This document shows, one piece after another, positions 29,326 to 44,299 of a DNA stretch of 64,000 nt (positions are counted from its first letter, which is position 1; each line of letters opens with the position of its first letter). The position numbers and the translations under genes were made by a program. Source of the stretch: Octopus vulgaris. Taxonomy: Eukaryota. The notes under the pieces are model-generated. The model saw only the letters and a program-made list of their open reading frames with translations, did no database searches and had not been told where the DNA came from. Location of the stretch: assembly GCA_951406725.2 (NCBI GenBank), contig OX597818.1, positions 66,402,001 to 66,466,000 of the forward strand, in the 5' to 3' direction.

Positions 29326-30660
29326 ACAATTAAATTCACTACAAAAATATAATACGAAATTATTGAGTTGAAAGAAAAGAAAATTCATGAAAATTTGAAT
29401 AAGAATTACACACTAAGAATATCTTTCATTGGCTTGTGTATTGAAAGTGTAATTTTTCGAACATTCTTGAGGAATATGTAACGCTGTAGATTCGTTTCCT
29501 ACCATCGTTCAGGAACATAAGTATAAATAATGGTGATGGCACCTCATGGACGAGAATATCTGAAACCTTACATAAATACTTATAGTTACTGAAGTAATCA
29601 TATATGCTATGTGTGACACAATTGTATATAAGAAATATCTAAAAGTGTAAGGAAATAGAGCGCCAGACGATGAACCACATATTACAAAATCTGAAAACAT
29701 TTGGAAACTAATGCTCAAGAAATGAAAATGCGACTCCAATATTTCTCTGTGAGATGGCATTATTGGTTTCGCTAATATGATTTGCAGACGAGTATTATTA
29801 TATTACAGTTCTTAATACAATGAAATTATCGATTATTTTAATCTAGAAAATTGTTTGCAATTTTGGTGTAATAAATCATAAGAAAATAGTTCAATAAACA
29901 TTAAAAAAAGAAGAAAAAATGTATTGCTAATGAATAATGACAGCAAAAGATTGATTACAAAATGAAATAAACTTAGTGAAACGCAAAACTAATATACACT
30001 TTCGGATTTGGAATTATTAAATGGCTACAATCGTTACATGACTTTATGGGTGTGTTTGTGTGAATGTATGTGTGTGTAGGCATGGATATGCATATGTTTA
30101 TGTATGGATGTGTATGAATGCGTATATATATATGTGTGTGTGTGTGTGTATAAATAGATATATGCACGTATATGCATGTATATATGTGTGTGTGTGCGTG
30201 TATACACTACCTTGCATTCTGGCTCACGCACATGCGCATGTGTGCACTCACATAACCACACATATTCGGTCTACGTATACAGAAGCACACATAATTTCAT
30301 ACATACAGATGTGGTTACTTACACACGTACACATACACAAACATATTCCATAGCATTTCGTTCCCCATGTCACCCCCGGATATCACCACCGCATTGACAC
30401 AATTTCGAGCCCTTCTTGTTTCATCACCATGCAGTGATAGTTTAATTAACGTACGTTTCTCGTTTTTCTTTATTTTGTTTTTCTCTCCCCATCCATCTCA
30501 TTACAAGAGCATTTGCTCGAAATATGAAAGACATCCAACAATATCCAAGAACGACAACCTAATACACCCTGATCTTGTGAGCACAAGGGATTCGTGCGTT
30601 GTTTTAATTTTTTTTACCGTAAGTATATAGTTCTTTACTACACGTATAGTTTGTACATTC

Positions 30661-31046
30661 TTTTACTCTTTTACTTGCTTCAGTCATTTGACTGCGGCCA
30701 TGCTGGAGCACCGCCTTTAGTCTAACAAATGGAGCCCAGGACTTATTCTTTGTAAGACTGGGATTTATTCTTTCGATCTCATTCTATCGAACTTCTAAGA
30801 GACGGGATCGTAAACACACCGACATCGGTTGTCAAGCGGAGGTGGGTGAAGAACTAACAAATGCATATATGTAAGTATATATACGATGGGCTTCTTTCAG
30901 TTTGCTTCTACCGATTCCTCACACAAGCCTTTGGTCGGCCTGATGCTATAGTACAAGACACTTGCCCATTGTGTCAAACAGTGAGAATGAACCCGGAATC
31001 ATGTGGTAGGGAGGCTAGCTTCTTCCTTCACGCCCACTCCTGCGTC
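30661..31046 (-). mobile_element. SINE family A, full length
   Basis: Matches 61372-61770 including the (AGTAAAAG)n tail. Confidence 0.9.
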
Positions 31047-31062
31047 TCTCTCTCTCTCTGTA

Positions 31063-31180
<118 letters not shown>

Positions 31181-31379
31181 GAACAAGGTTTACGTTACGC
31201 CGCAATAATTTATGTATAAAAATTATATATAAAAATAAAAAATGGGACAAGAACGCCAAAACATTCAAATAGATGACACAAAAAACGGACGGGTCATTCG
31301 AAGCCCCTAATATTCAGTCAAGAACCGGATCATCCTCCCAATTCGGCTACGCACACACACACACACACACACACACATG

Positions 31380-31469
<90 letters not shown>

Positions 31470-32915
31470 CATATATACTGTTGTGTCTGGGGAGAATCAT
31501 TTTCTTCTTGTGCCTTATTATGTAACACACTCACCGGTAAAATTTCCACTTTTTTCTTATTTTTATTTTCCCAACATTTTCGTTGCATCTTGCAACCTTT
31601 TCAATAGTTTTGACTCTGTCCGTTTTGAATTCATATAAAGACTCTTGCAAACCAAATCCGAACACGAAATATATATATAATACATACACAGATACACTAC
31701 AACACAATACATACAAATACTAATCATCTATAACCAGTCTTTGAGATACGGACATAACTGCATATTTCTGCATATTTGCATTTGCGTAACCATCCCCTGC
31801 AGCCTCTTTAACCATCACCACTCGATACTTCAATCACCTAGTTTCTAACAGTTCTACTCGTTCTCTTTTTCAGTATTTTATCGCGTTCATTTTATGAACT
31901 CGCATGGCCGGCAAACATTTCTAAGATTTATTCTAAATAATAAATAATATTTGATACACATACATTAACAGTCTCCTGAAATTTAATCAACGTGCATTAA
32001 TTGAATCACTTGTTATTAACAATTAATTACAAGTTACAATCGTCAACAGAATTTGTAAATTTTATGTATCACCACTTGATAAAAGCAACATAAATACTAA
32101 CGGAATACTAAGAGACTAATGGAATCGTTCACGTAAAAGCTATTCTAAAATTTACTTCCAATATTTCACATAACAAATTAGGGACTCGAAATATCTTAGG
32201 AACAGTATAGGTTCATTTGGCTTTTGAACATCCATTAGTCATCGAAAAATATTCATTTGATCGTTATGCGTTAAATTGCTGAGTCAATGCAACTAAAACA
32301 ATTTTCAGGAATTCTAACATAAGTATTATACCGTGTCTTTAAAACGTAATTTGTATCTTAAAGGCTGTGACTAAGACGACACCCACAGAATTGCTCTTGA
32401 TAAATCTTCCAACGACCAGAAATTTTTTCAAGAGTTAATCATGATTTTTACTTATTTGTGAGAAAAAGACTAATAACAATTTCTATGCATGACATCGCTA
32501 TTTCTATCTACCTAGCTTAGTAACGCCTCTTCTACAGCTGAGCAAAATAGAAGAGAGGAATCTTTTTTCCAAACGTACAATGGAGAAACATTCTCTCGAG
32601 TTGTATTTTCGTTCTTCTTAATCTGCTTTGTTTCATTTTGCTATATACTTACCTAGCTAACATTTCCTCCATTTTTCAACACCATTCCTCTCATTATTCT
32701 GTCTGTAATGGAATTATGATCATAATAATGTATAAAATTCTCTCATGCAGTGACCTTTGAAAGAAAGAAAATTCCCTCAAGAAATTATTCTGTTATTGTC
32801 GGCAATTATATTTTATATAATCTAGCTTGAAATACCATAAGATACTTTTTACTATTTAGAAAGACGAATCATGTCAGAAAACGCATTAATACATGAAATA
32901 TCGTGTGTGTGTGTG

Positions 32916-32951
<36 letters not shown>

Positions 32952-34239
32952 AGTTACATACACGAGCACACATAGAGTTCAATGAATGGCTACACAATTC
33001 ACGCCTTCCCCCCACACGCATGCACAGATACGCATATACTTGAACATTTAATCACCTCCACACTCAAATGTTTGTATGCATATACGCTACTTTTCATTTA
33101 ATAACTTCATAAGACATTCATCGGAGAAATAGCAGAGATAAATATCAAATTCTTGAATATTAGCATTAAACGTGACATTTAGAAAGGGTTAGAGAATTAA
33201 AGCAAGAATAGGAAAGAGCGGAGTGAGTGTGGATTGTAGGGGTAGGTGTACATAGATTGCGTGAGAGAATTAATTTGACACAATACTGAAGTACACGTAA
33301 GATGAATTAAAGTACAGTACTTGTAAATTAACTGTTTTCTTCTCGACTGTGACGCCATCTTTATTTGAATTAACACCATCATAATATTGGCCAACATTTT
33401 TATCATTGGCTTGGTTTATACGAAATTAACTTACAAATTTTATAAGCGGGTGATCACCGCAGTGTGTGCTCGTTTTGAAATTCTGAGTTAACGAGGGATT
33501 TCGAATTTTGACTGACTGCTTGTAATTTCAGGGAAGTTGGAAGAAATCGATTACGCTGGTATCGATGCTCAAATAGTACTTACTGCATGGACCGAGAAAA
33601 TACGAAAGGGACCGCGGCATCTCTTGTGCGTAAACTCAGATGAAATACTGCGAACGATTTTGCCAGCCGTCATTTTTCTGAGTTAAATATTGACGATTAA
33701 TATAGACAAATACGATTGTCTAGATCAAGGACTGTGTTTATTAATTATATTTAGTAGATAGATTGTCATTAAGGGGGAAACTATATGAAATTATAGTTGG
33801 CATTTATGTCTGTAATAGAGGTGTTTATGAACAAAGCTGACAGAAAATACTTTATCCTCTGTGGAAGTTTTGTCACTATAAAAGTTGATTAAATTATGGG
33901 TGTGTGTAGATTACTTGGATGAGATCTGGTGTTTACGTGAGAGGGAACGCCATTCGCTGCCTATTCGTTTGTACATTTTGTGATGATGTTCCTCCTCAAT
34001 AATTTCACCTGAATTATTATTGGCAGCACATTCATAAGCATTTTCATATTATATTCTTAATCCACATCATCAGCATTTTGCTACCCGCTTACTGTATTCT
34101 ACGAGAGAATAAATATCATCGCCACCATCACCAAAATAGAAAACGAAAATTACATTGTAATATATTTAAAAATCCTATTGAAAAGACTTGTTCTCCCACT
34201 AATGTTGCAACACCAGCTGACAAAAATACATGTGTGATG

Positions 34240-34653
34240 ATGTTTAAAAAATTGAACAAACTTAAGTAAATGGAGATTGTAATCGGAAGAATAATGCATC
34301 TCGCAATATCTGCAGAGCCGCCTAGTATTGAAGCACATGCAATGATATCAAGAGAAGATAACAAGATGTAGACAGAACACCTGGCAACCTCACAATAAGC
34401 AAATTACAAAAGATCATGTTTATGGGCATCTCACATATTCTACATAAATTACTCACTAGATAACAACAACACCAGAACTTACAAACACATATAACATACA
34501 GAATATTGCAATACTGGGCACAGCACACATCCTAAACAAAACACTTACAATACAGTAATCATAAGAGCATCACGGCAAATCACAGCACATACCCAAGGCA
34601 CACTGAGCTGCGCTCGGTAGTGAAGTGAATGCACGCTACAAAAGTAAAACTAT

Positions 34654-34655
<2 letters not shown>
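34240..34655 (+). mobile_element. Two stacked R4/Dong LINE 3' fragments
   Basis: LQKIMFMGISHILHKL followed by IQNIAILGTAHILNKTLTIQ* and the family 3' UTR; then (TAA)n. Confidence 0.8.
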
Positions 34656-34721
<66 letters not shown>

Positions 34722-34723
<2 letters not shown>

Positions 34724-37700
34724 AAGAGAAGAACACCGGGGACGTTTAAGATGTAAGAAGGAAAATTCAGAGCTCCGAAATCTATCCACAAACATCGAAA
34801 ACAATGACATCCTATGGAGCCAAAGTTTTACTAACAAAGAATTGGACTGTATCCGAGTAAGTAATACTAATTGAAATTTATTACTATTTTCGAAACGAAA
34901 TGATGTATTTTGACTCGATATCATCTCAGCCTCTAACGCAACACATGTAAACATGCGTGGAACATCACGATCATCTCCGACCCCAAACACCATGTACAAA
35001 GGAACAACGAAGAAATTAAATGCCACCGATACAATTCAACCTAAGAATAACAATCGAGCGGTACGTACATTAAACTTACAACAAAAAATGTACGAAAAAC
35101 TACACGTGCGAAATGATGTGACAACAGAAATAAACGGACCGGTACCCTACGAAAATGACGACCGTCAAAATAATGGGCCGGACGTTGTACCTCAAGTCCC
35201 GCAAATAAAAACCAAAAGACGTAAATGGACACGTGAGGAATACATTTCTATCTTACACGCATACTTCACAGCAGTACTCTACCCAAAAAATGAAAATACA
35301 ACAACACATACATATAAAATATGGAAGGAAAATAATAGAGATATATAACAGGAATGCACAAAAAGCTGGCTGAAAACTTTAACAACGTACTAGCAGAGCC
35401 AGAGACAATGCCTAATAAATTAGCTAACGTACGAAGATACATTCTCAACACAAAAAAAATATCAGAAATAGAAATAGAACACCTAAAAGAAAACATACAC
35501 CAGGAAAATGTAGATAGAAGCCACACAACAATGCCCAATAATATAAACATTGAAACTGTAAAACACGAAGACAAACGCAACATTCCCAACAAACACGATG
35601 TAAACAACGAAGGGGAGCCTAATGATTATGATAATATAAAAAAATAAAATAATCAAAGAACTGAAAACCACAGAGCTCAAAATGGACCACCGACCATACC
35701 TCCCAAGAATCAAAATAAACAAAATAACAACACCTATTATAAACAGCATAAACCTAGCCGTCACTGAACTGATAGCCACTGAATAAAAAAAAAGTGATAT
35801 CACTGAGCTAAATATCCTAATATACGCAGCAGCCACTGCAGCCACAAAAGAAGCTGGATACTCACCCAAACCCGCCCAAACAGGAGTACCACCACCCAAA
35901 CAAACCCTGTGGATAAATGACATCCAAAGCAAAATATAAAAAATTAGAAAAGACCTGTCGATTCTTAATGAAATCAGCAAACAATCAACGCTACTGAGCA
36001 ACAAAAAGAGAACAACAATGCTCCGCAAATATAACATCACAGAAAAAGATTTGCCGGAGATAAAAGAAAAGCTGAAGCAAGATATCCTTGCCAAAGCTCA
36101 AGGGATCCGCCGGTACGAGAAACGCCAACGCTTCTTTGAACAGAACAAAAAGTTCAACTCCAACCCCAAAAAGTTCTATCAAGAACTGGAAAAAATTAAA
36201 TAGAAGTCACTGCAGCACCAACGACAGAAGAATTGGAAGAATTCTGGAGAGAAATATGGTCGGCGAACGAACCACCAAAAAAAGGAGTATCAAAATAACA
36301 AACTCGGCATCTGAACAACTTTGGACCCCCATAACAACTGAAGAGGTCACCCAGGCACTGCAAAGACTAAGCAACTGGAAGGCACCTGGGCATGACAAGA
36401 TCCCCAACTTCTGGTTGAAATATCTAACAGGAATGCACAAAAAGCTGGCTGAAAACTTTAACAACGTACTAGCAGAGCCAGAGACAATGCCTGAATGGCT
36501 CACGAAGGGGAAAACCATCTTAATTCCCAAATCAAATGAAACAGCAAAACCAGAAAACTACAGATCAATAACATGCCTCCCTACTATGTTCAAGGCATTT
36601 ACTGCAGTGATATCGCAAAGGCTGAACAAGCAGTTGGACGAAAACAAACTGTTCCCAGAAGAGCAGAAAGGATGCTGCAAAGGCTCATATGGCTGTAAAG
36701 ATCAACTAATGATTAATAAAGCCATAACTGAAGACAGCCACAGAAAGAAGAAAGGCCTCAGTATGGCCTGGATTGACTACAAAAAGGCGTTTGATGGCAT
36801 CCCCCACACATGGATCCTCGAAACACTAGCCATTAACAAAGTAGCACCAACAATCATAAAATTCATTGGGCACTCTATGAATAAATGGCAAACAGTGCTA
36901 CAGCTCCAAACAAAAGAGGGACTCATGAAAACCAAAGACATATCCCCATTAGAAGAGGAATATTCCAGGGAGACACCTCTCTCCACTCCTTTTCTGCTTG
37001 GAACTGTCACCTCTATCTGATATGCTAAATAGAACTGGATGCGGATATAAATGTTACGGCAAAACGATCAGCCACCTTTTATATATGGATGACCTAAAAC
37101 TATACGCTGCAAATGACAAACAGCTGGAAACACTATTAAAGACAGTTCATGGATTTACCAAAGAAATATAGATATGAAATTTGGATTAGAAAAATGCGCC
37201 AAAGTAATCTTGAAAAGAGGAAAACTAGTTAAGAATAGCAACATCACACTAGATAAAACCAATGAAATGAAAGAATTAGACCAAAGCCAAACTTACAAAT
37301 ACTTAGGAATCCATGAACTAGATAAGACACAACACACACAAATGAAAGAGAAAATTAAAAAAAGAATATTATAGACGAGTTAGATCAATACTAAACACAG
37401 AGCCCAATGCTAAAAACAAGATAATAGGTATCAACACTTTGGCTGTCCCAGTTATAAGTTACAGCTACAATATCCTTAACTGGACACGAAATGAACTGAC
37501 CAAAATAGATAGGAAAACACGAAAAATACTGACAGGATCTAGGATGCATCACCCAAAATCTGACATAGAAAGACTATATATACAACGTATGAAGGTGGTA
37601 GAGGCCTTATACAGCTGGAAAACTAATATAAAATAACCACCATAGGACTGCAAAAATATCTACTTCAGAAGGAAGGAAAACTGATCAAGATAACGGCAAA

Positions 37701-38883
37701 ACACGAGCAAAACAAAAAACTGTTCTCAGTATTTAAGGAAGCTGACAAATACAAACAAGAAATCATACCACTAATAAATATGAAGAAGAAGAAGAAGAAG
37801 AAGAAGAAGAAGAAATAGAAGAAGAAGAAGAAGAAGAAGAAGAAGAAGAAAACAGTAGAAGAAGAAGAAGAAGAAGAAGAAGAAGAAGAAGAAGAAGAAG
37901 AAGAAGAAGAAGAAGAAGAAGAAGAAGAAGAAGAAGAAGAAGATGAAGAAACAACAAAAGCTATAAAACAAATGAAATCCAAACTAAAAATAGAACGGCA
38001 ACGAACCATGATAAAACGATGGCAAGAAAAGCCCCTTCATGGTAAATACTGGACTAAACTAAACGCAAAAGAAATAGACAAAGAAAAATCCCAGCAATGG
38101 TTGAGAAGCTCAAGGACTCAAAGCAGAAACAGAGGGATTTTTAATTGCAGCACAAGACCAAAGCCTCCCCACCAGAAATGACCAAAAACATGTAATGAAA
38201 AGAAATATTACAAGTAACTGCAGAATATGTGGAGATGGACAAGAAACAATAAATCATATTATCTCTAGCTGCCCAGTCTTGGCTAAGAAGGAATATATTC
38301 ACAGACATGACAGAGTTGGAACCTACATACATTGGAAGCTATGCCAACATTATGGAATAACAACAGAAAAAAGATGGTATAGGCACCCACCAGAAAAGGT
38401 CACAGAAAACGAGAAAGCAACCATACTCTGGGATATGCCGATACACACAGATAGAGAAATTAAGGCCAACAGACCAGATATAGTTGTCAGAGATCATGAA
38501 GAAAAAAATGCTTTCTAATTGATGTATCAATACCGTCAGATGACAACGTGTCTCTAAAAGAAATGGAGAAACTCTAAAAATACAAAGACCTGGAAATAGA
38601 GTTAACTAGAATGTGGAATCTGAAAACAGAAACAATTGCTATCATAGTAGGTGCATTAGGCATGATAAAAAATATTCAGACAAATACATAACAAAAATAC
38701 CAAGACTTACAAACACATATAACATACAGAAAATTGCACTACTAGGCACTGCACACATCCTACGCAGAACACTTTCCATACAATAACCATCAGAGCATCC
38801 CAACAAATCACAGAACATACCCAAAGCACACAGAGCTGCGCTCGGTAGTGAAGTGAAAGCACGCTATAAAAATAAAACTACTG
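34722..38883 (+). mobile_element. Near full-length R4/Dong-clade non-LTR retrotransposon in (TAA)n
   Basis: TAA arrays on both flanks; single long disrupted ORF with RT, CCHC knuckle and restriction-like endonuclease. Confidence 0.93.
34953..38786 (+). pseudogene. R4/Dong polyprotein (RT + CCHC + RLE) with frameshifts and stops
   Basis: WKAPGHD, YRSITCL, EQKG, WIDYKKAFD, YMDD at 37082-37093, YKYLG, CRICGDGQETINHIISSC, RHDRV, RPDIVV..LIDVSIP..KYKDL. Confidence 0.95.
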
Positions 38884-38916
<33 letters not shown>

Positions 38917-38924
38917 CATCCTTG

Positions 38925-39126
38925 TATTATATGTACAAGTCCTAGAATTTGGGCGGAGTGGAGAGTGAATCTCGTCACCCCTATTACTTAACTGGTACTT
39001 AATTTATCTATTCCCAAAAGATGAAAGGCAAAGAGGAACTCGGTGGAATTTGAACTCAGAATGTAGCGATGGGTGAAGTACTGCTAAATATTTTGTACGG
39101 TGTACGAATAGTTCTGCCAGGTCGCC
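38925..39126 (-). mobile_element. SINE family B
   Basis: GGAATTTGAACTCAGAA and GATGAAAGGCAAAG core in reverse. Confidence 0.8.
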
Positions 39127-39321
39127 ACCTTTGACAATAGTAAGGATAATAATAATCACATAAATTATCAGTCACAGTTGTAGGATTATCGTTAATGACA
39201 GCTTTATCACCGCCGAATCATCATGACGTTTTCATTATATTTGACAAATTAACACTGGAAGAAAGAGAAGAATTATTAGTTTTATCTCCATTTTTATTAC
39301 CACCGTTATTGATATGCTTTT

Positions 39322-39524
39322 CTTCTCTAGGCACAAGGTCCAAAATTTTTGTGGAGGGGTAGGGTCGATTAGATCGACCCCAGTACGCAACTGACACTTA
39401 ATTTATGGATCTCAAAAAATTGAAAGGTAAAGTCGGCCTCGGGAGAATTTGAACTCGGAACGTAAAACAGACGAAATACGGCTAAGAATATTGCCCGGTG
39501 TGCTAACGTTTCCGCCAGCTCGCC
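39322..39524 (-). mobile_element. SINE family B, full length
   Basis: Head GGCGAGCTGGCGGAAACGTTAG (A-box-like), B-box GAGTTCAAATTC, core as at 14641-14858. Confidence 0.85.
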
Positions 39525-41329
39525 TCCTTGCCGCCACCTGGCGTTATTGATATTATTGTAATGTGGGGTACGACTTTTACGTTACATATATTATACTTAC
39601 ACGACATGTCCCTCATCGCATTTCAAATTAATTCGATGATAGACATTTCAAATTTCAAATTATTTCTGTAAATATGATGTTTAAAAAAATAATACGTTGT
39701 GAATTGTATTTTTATTTATGTGTTGTATTCAGTTCGAGCTTTTGAATATTTTATCAGAATCAACATCTCAACCAGTCACATTTTTCTACTCGTCCTGTTC
39801 GCAACCATACTTTTTTGAGTACAAACGATGATTAGCCAACAATTATGTTCGTCTTAATTATCTTGACAATCATAATTGTTTCCCAATTCCTCATAGACTA
39901 TATCTTCTAATATTTTCGCTTATCTTTTTCATCATATTATCGCAAAAGCATCATCGTCGCCATCATAATTCACGTAGATTTTGACATCATTTTTCATATA
40001 ATGCTAAATCATATTTTATTGTGTAGAGTCATCGGAATCATGATCGCCATGAACATTACAAACATCAATATAATTAACTAATTTGGCCTTTATTATTAGC
40101 AATATCTTAATTATCATTAGTGATATGTACATGATAAATAGTTTTGCATTTAGTTTTAGTAACAGAAGATTCATCGTTAGCAGCGCTAACATGAGAATTC
40201 ATGTTTGTTTTTTATAAACTTAGCAACAGGGTGATCATCATTATCATCATCATATTTATTTTAATCGTCCCAAATTCAGTCAACGATTCCTAAGAAGTAA
40301 CATCTCCAATACAGTTTTTATACACACTCGGCAAACATTCATAAAAATGCTCAACAAATCTTTAGACAAATTATTATTTATTTACGAAGCCAGGCTGATG
40401 TTAGAGATAGGAAGCAATGATTTAACAATATTTTGTATTTAGAATCTGTAAGTTGAAGAAAATCTTTCAATAATTCTACTTGCAAAGTAGGTTACAACTC
40501 TGTTTTCTTGAGACAGATTTCATATTAAAAACAAAAATAACCTCTGATGAAGTGCAGAACATTTGCTATAACCCATGAAACATTCATTGCATTGTCAATA
40601 TTCTAAAGATAACTTTTTTGAAAATACATAGGGCGTCTATATGTCCTTGTTTTCGTCCCGGGTTCATTTTTGTTTTTTGTTTTGCTTTAGCTCTAACAAA
40701 TGGAGAATGTTTCCGCGAAGTGCCATTGTTTAGAGATATCTTGTTAATGGGAACATTCACGCCTTTACGCTAGGAAGTGATCATACCATCAGCAAAGTTT
40801 TCTGTAATACACTCTATATCATATAGAGGTCATTACTACACATAAATGCCCCACACTAGGAGTCACTCTTAAAGTCAAAACTACTAAAATACAAGGTTTT
40901 TCACACTGACTACTTGATAAATTCTTCTAAAGATTTCATCCTATTTTAAAATTATAAATTTAACCGGAGTATATTCAGTACTGAATTTTTATTCCGAATA
41001 AGCAAGCTGTTACCGAATTGTAATTAGAAAAAGCCCACCATTTACATAGATGTATAAGGGGTGAACATTTCTATATCCTACGTTGGATACGATGGTTGTT
41101 CGTCTGGTATGTTGATTTTGTTCATTCCTTATAAATCTTGACTTATGCTTGAACTGATCAGTAAAGAGTGCACCACTGCACTCATTGTGAAATCACGCTG
41201 ATCTGCAACTAAATTATGTATTTAAATGAATTGCTTCGAGAGTTGTATTCGGTACGATGTGTTTATTTATTTAGTAGTTTTGACTTTAAGAGTCCCTCCT
41301 AGCGTGTGGCATTTATGTGTAGTAATACC

Positions 41330-41379
<50 letters not shown>

Positions 41380-42946
41380 AAAGAGATTTATTAGTTTAAT
41401 GCTCGGTAAGTGAAAAAGTCTCTAATGTTTAGAGCCTACATTCTTCCTCAGAAAAGAAAACAGAATGAAAGAAGGAGAGGAAATAAAGAATGTTTAGTGG
41501 CTAGCGATCTATCATGGCGATCTATCACATATATATTTATCTTATTATATGATCGAACGCCACGCATCGTTTTCCAAGTAAGTTTCCAAGATAGCAATAT
41601 GTATATATAGTAGAAACAATATGTAGAAATGATATGCATCACATGGAACAGGTCGAGTTTTGTTACAGGATGGAAAGTTTGTGGTGTGGTTTCTCATTGT
41701 AAAACACTCAAATACTCTCTTGTGATATGTATTCAATTTATAGAATGAGAAGTAAAAACCTTAAAACTTTTGACAGCGTTTGATGTCGGCAAAAGTGCAA
41801 CGAAGAATTTAGGTGGCATAAACGTAAACGTCACGTCCGTGAAACACATTGTATGAATAACTTGTCAATTTTAAAAATGCAAAAAGTATGGGAACATATA
41901 GCGAATGAGAAACAAAAATCATAAAATTGTAGTTCAGAACAATTGTGAATGAATACTAAAAACAAAGACGTCGTTAAGAATTTAGCCCGTAGTGTAACGA
42001 TTCTGGCAAATCGCTGATTTAGTTACAAAGAAATACAAGACAAGAGATTATTAAAGCATGATTGCAGAATTTGATTTTAAACTGTGTTTGAGAATACAAC
42101 TGAGGAATTATTTGTGCTAAAAGCCAGACTGTGCAGCAACGGATTCTTACAACCCAGACAGTGATGAAAAACCTTCAACAAATATCCTAGCAACGGGATA
42201 TGGGTGCAATATTGTCGTTTATGCGTCAGTAGTTGTTGTTCTTTGTTCTTGCTGAAGATAATAATGAATATAATGGCGACGATGTCGACGAGGACGATGA
42301 TTATGGTGATGTTATTGATGTCAGCTCTGAGGAAAATAACAGCAATAATGATAATAACAATGGTGATATTGACAAAGACGATGGCGGTAAACAGTGAAGA
42401 GAATGCATAAAAGATGGAGAGCATGAGTTAGAGACACAAACAGAAAGTTTGATGTTGTTCATTCTTGCATTTCAAACTGTGTGCACAACTTTAATATGTC
42501 TTGTTTTAGAAAAAAAAATTGACACTCCAAACAATGAAGAATTTTAATGAAAAAATCGATAATTCGACGTTTGTTTACACTTCGTTAAGTCAATAAGTTC
42601 AATAATTTTCTTTATTATTTCTGTTGTAGATTTTTTTCATCCATCTTAAATATAGTGCAAGCTCCCATTTCTTCCAGAAAAACTCAAAAATACGTACATA
42701 TATACACTGTCTCAATCACACACAAACGAACGTAGACTTATACGCAAACACGCGCACACACATACGCACAGGCACAGACACACACAGACACATATATGTA
42801 TGAGTATGTGTAAGTGTATATTTACGAAGATGCATGTTAAACAGGGGCGTGTATGTGTTTATATTTAATTGCTTGAAGCGTAAATATGTACTCCTTAAAT
42901 CAAAATGATCAGAAATACTTTTCTACATTCCACTTCGAAATTGTCG

Positions 42947-42952
42947 CTTCTT

Positions 42953-43048
<96 letters not shown>

Positions 43049-43150
43049 ATTATTATTATTATTATCATCATTATTATTATTATTATAATCATCATCATCA
43101 TCATCATCATCACCACAACCATTATCATCATCACCGTTATTATTGTTGTT
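42947..43150. repeat. Compound (TCT)n(TTA)n(TCA)n microsatellite
   Basis: Directly visible. Confidence 0.95.
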
Positions 43151-43713
43151 GTAGTAAATTCGATCTCTGTTTATGTACTTCATCGTTTCTGTTTTCTTTC
43201 CCAGGCGTTGATCACACTGGAATATTGATGGTCAGTGAAGAGGGTGACGATTTTGAAAATGAGGAATCTTTTCAAATAAGGAAAACATTCATTATCGATC
43301 CACATTTAAAATGTATTTACTTAAAGGAATGTATCAACATGAAATCGATATTTCATATTTTAGAAAGCTATTAAAGTGAAAGTATTTCATTTTCAAATAT
43401 ACGTTAAAAAATCACGCATGCGTATCCATACACACGCATGCACCGCCATGTATGAAAACATATTTCAAGGAATAAAAATCGTGAAGAATCGAGAAAAAAA
43501 TTTCATTTTTAAACAGACGTGTAAACAATGCCCTGCATTAAAAAGGTTTTAAATAATTTCGAAACAACAATTTACTACATCAAAACGCCCGAAACGATAT
43601 TTGTTTCTTGTTAATATTAACTTCTTTCTGTTCCAGCGGATATCAATAACTTTGCGCAATTGATAAACTACACACATTAAAACAATTTACCATCTGGCTA
43701 ATGAAGCGCCGAC

Positions 43714-43838
<125 letters not shown>

Positions 43839-44299
43839 TATGTATGAGAGGAACACGCTTTCAGATGCCTGCAAATGAGGAAATTCGCCGTTGCTCAATA
43901 TAAATGAGTAATAAACATTTAAGCACGGAATATTTTGAAATAAATGTCTATACGTGATTATCAAATAAAGACTTCATTTCAAGAAAGTTCGTGTCAAAGT
44001 TAACGAAGGAGTCTGCATCATACGACGCAGAGTAGATTAACGAAACACTTTAAAGAGTTAAATCACAGCATGTTAAATTGAAGACTGAATAAACTGCATC
44101 AGTATAGACATATAGAGATATTTGGATCCACATGTAGGTATATGGATATATATATATAGATATAGATATATATACATATGCATATATATAGACACATTCA
44201 CATACATACATACATATACAAATAGATACGTATACATATATTTAATTATTTGTATGTATGTATATGCAAATATATGTTATATATATATATATATATACA

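Noticed and set aside
36088-37020. 310-aa ORF as an intact gene
   Set aside because: Frameshift-bounded piece of the decayed R4/Dong ORF
42100-42220. LKARLCSNGF, a Copia RT-like motif
   Set aside because: Isolated short match with no further RT motifs or LTRs
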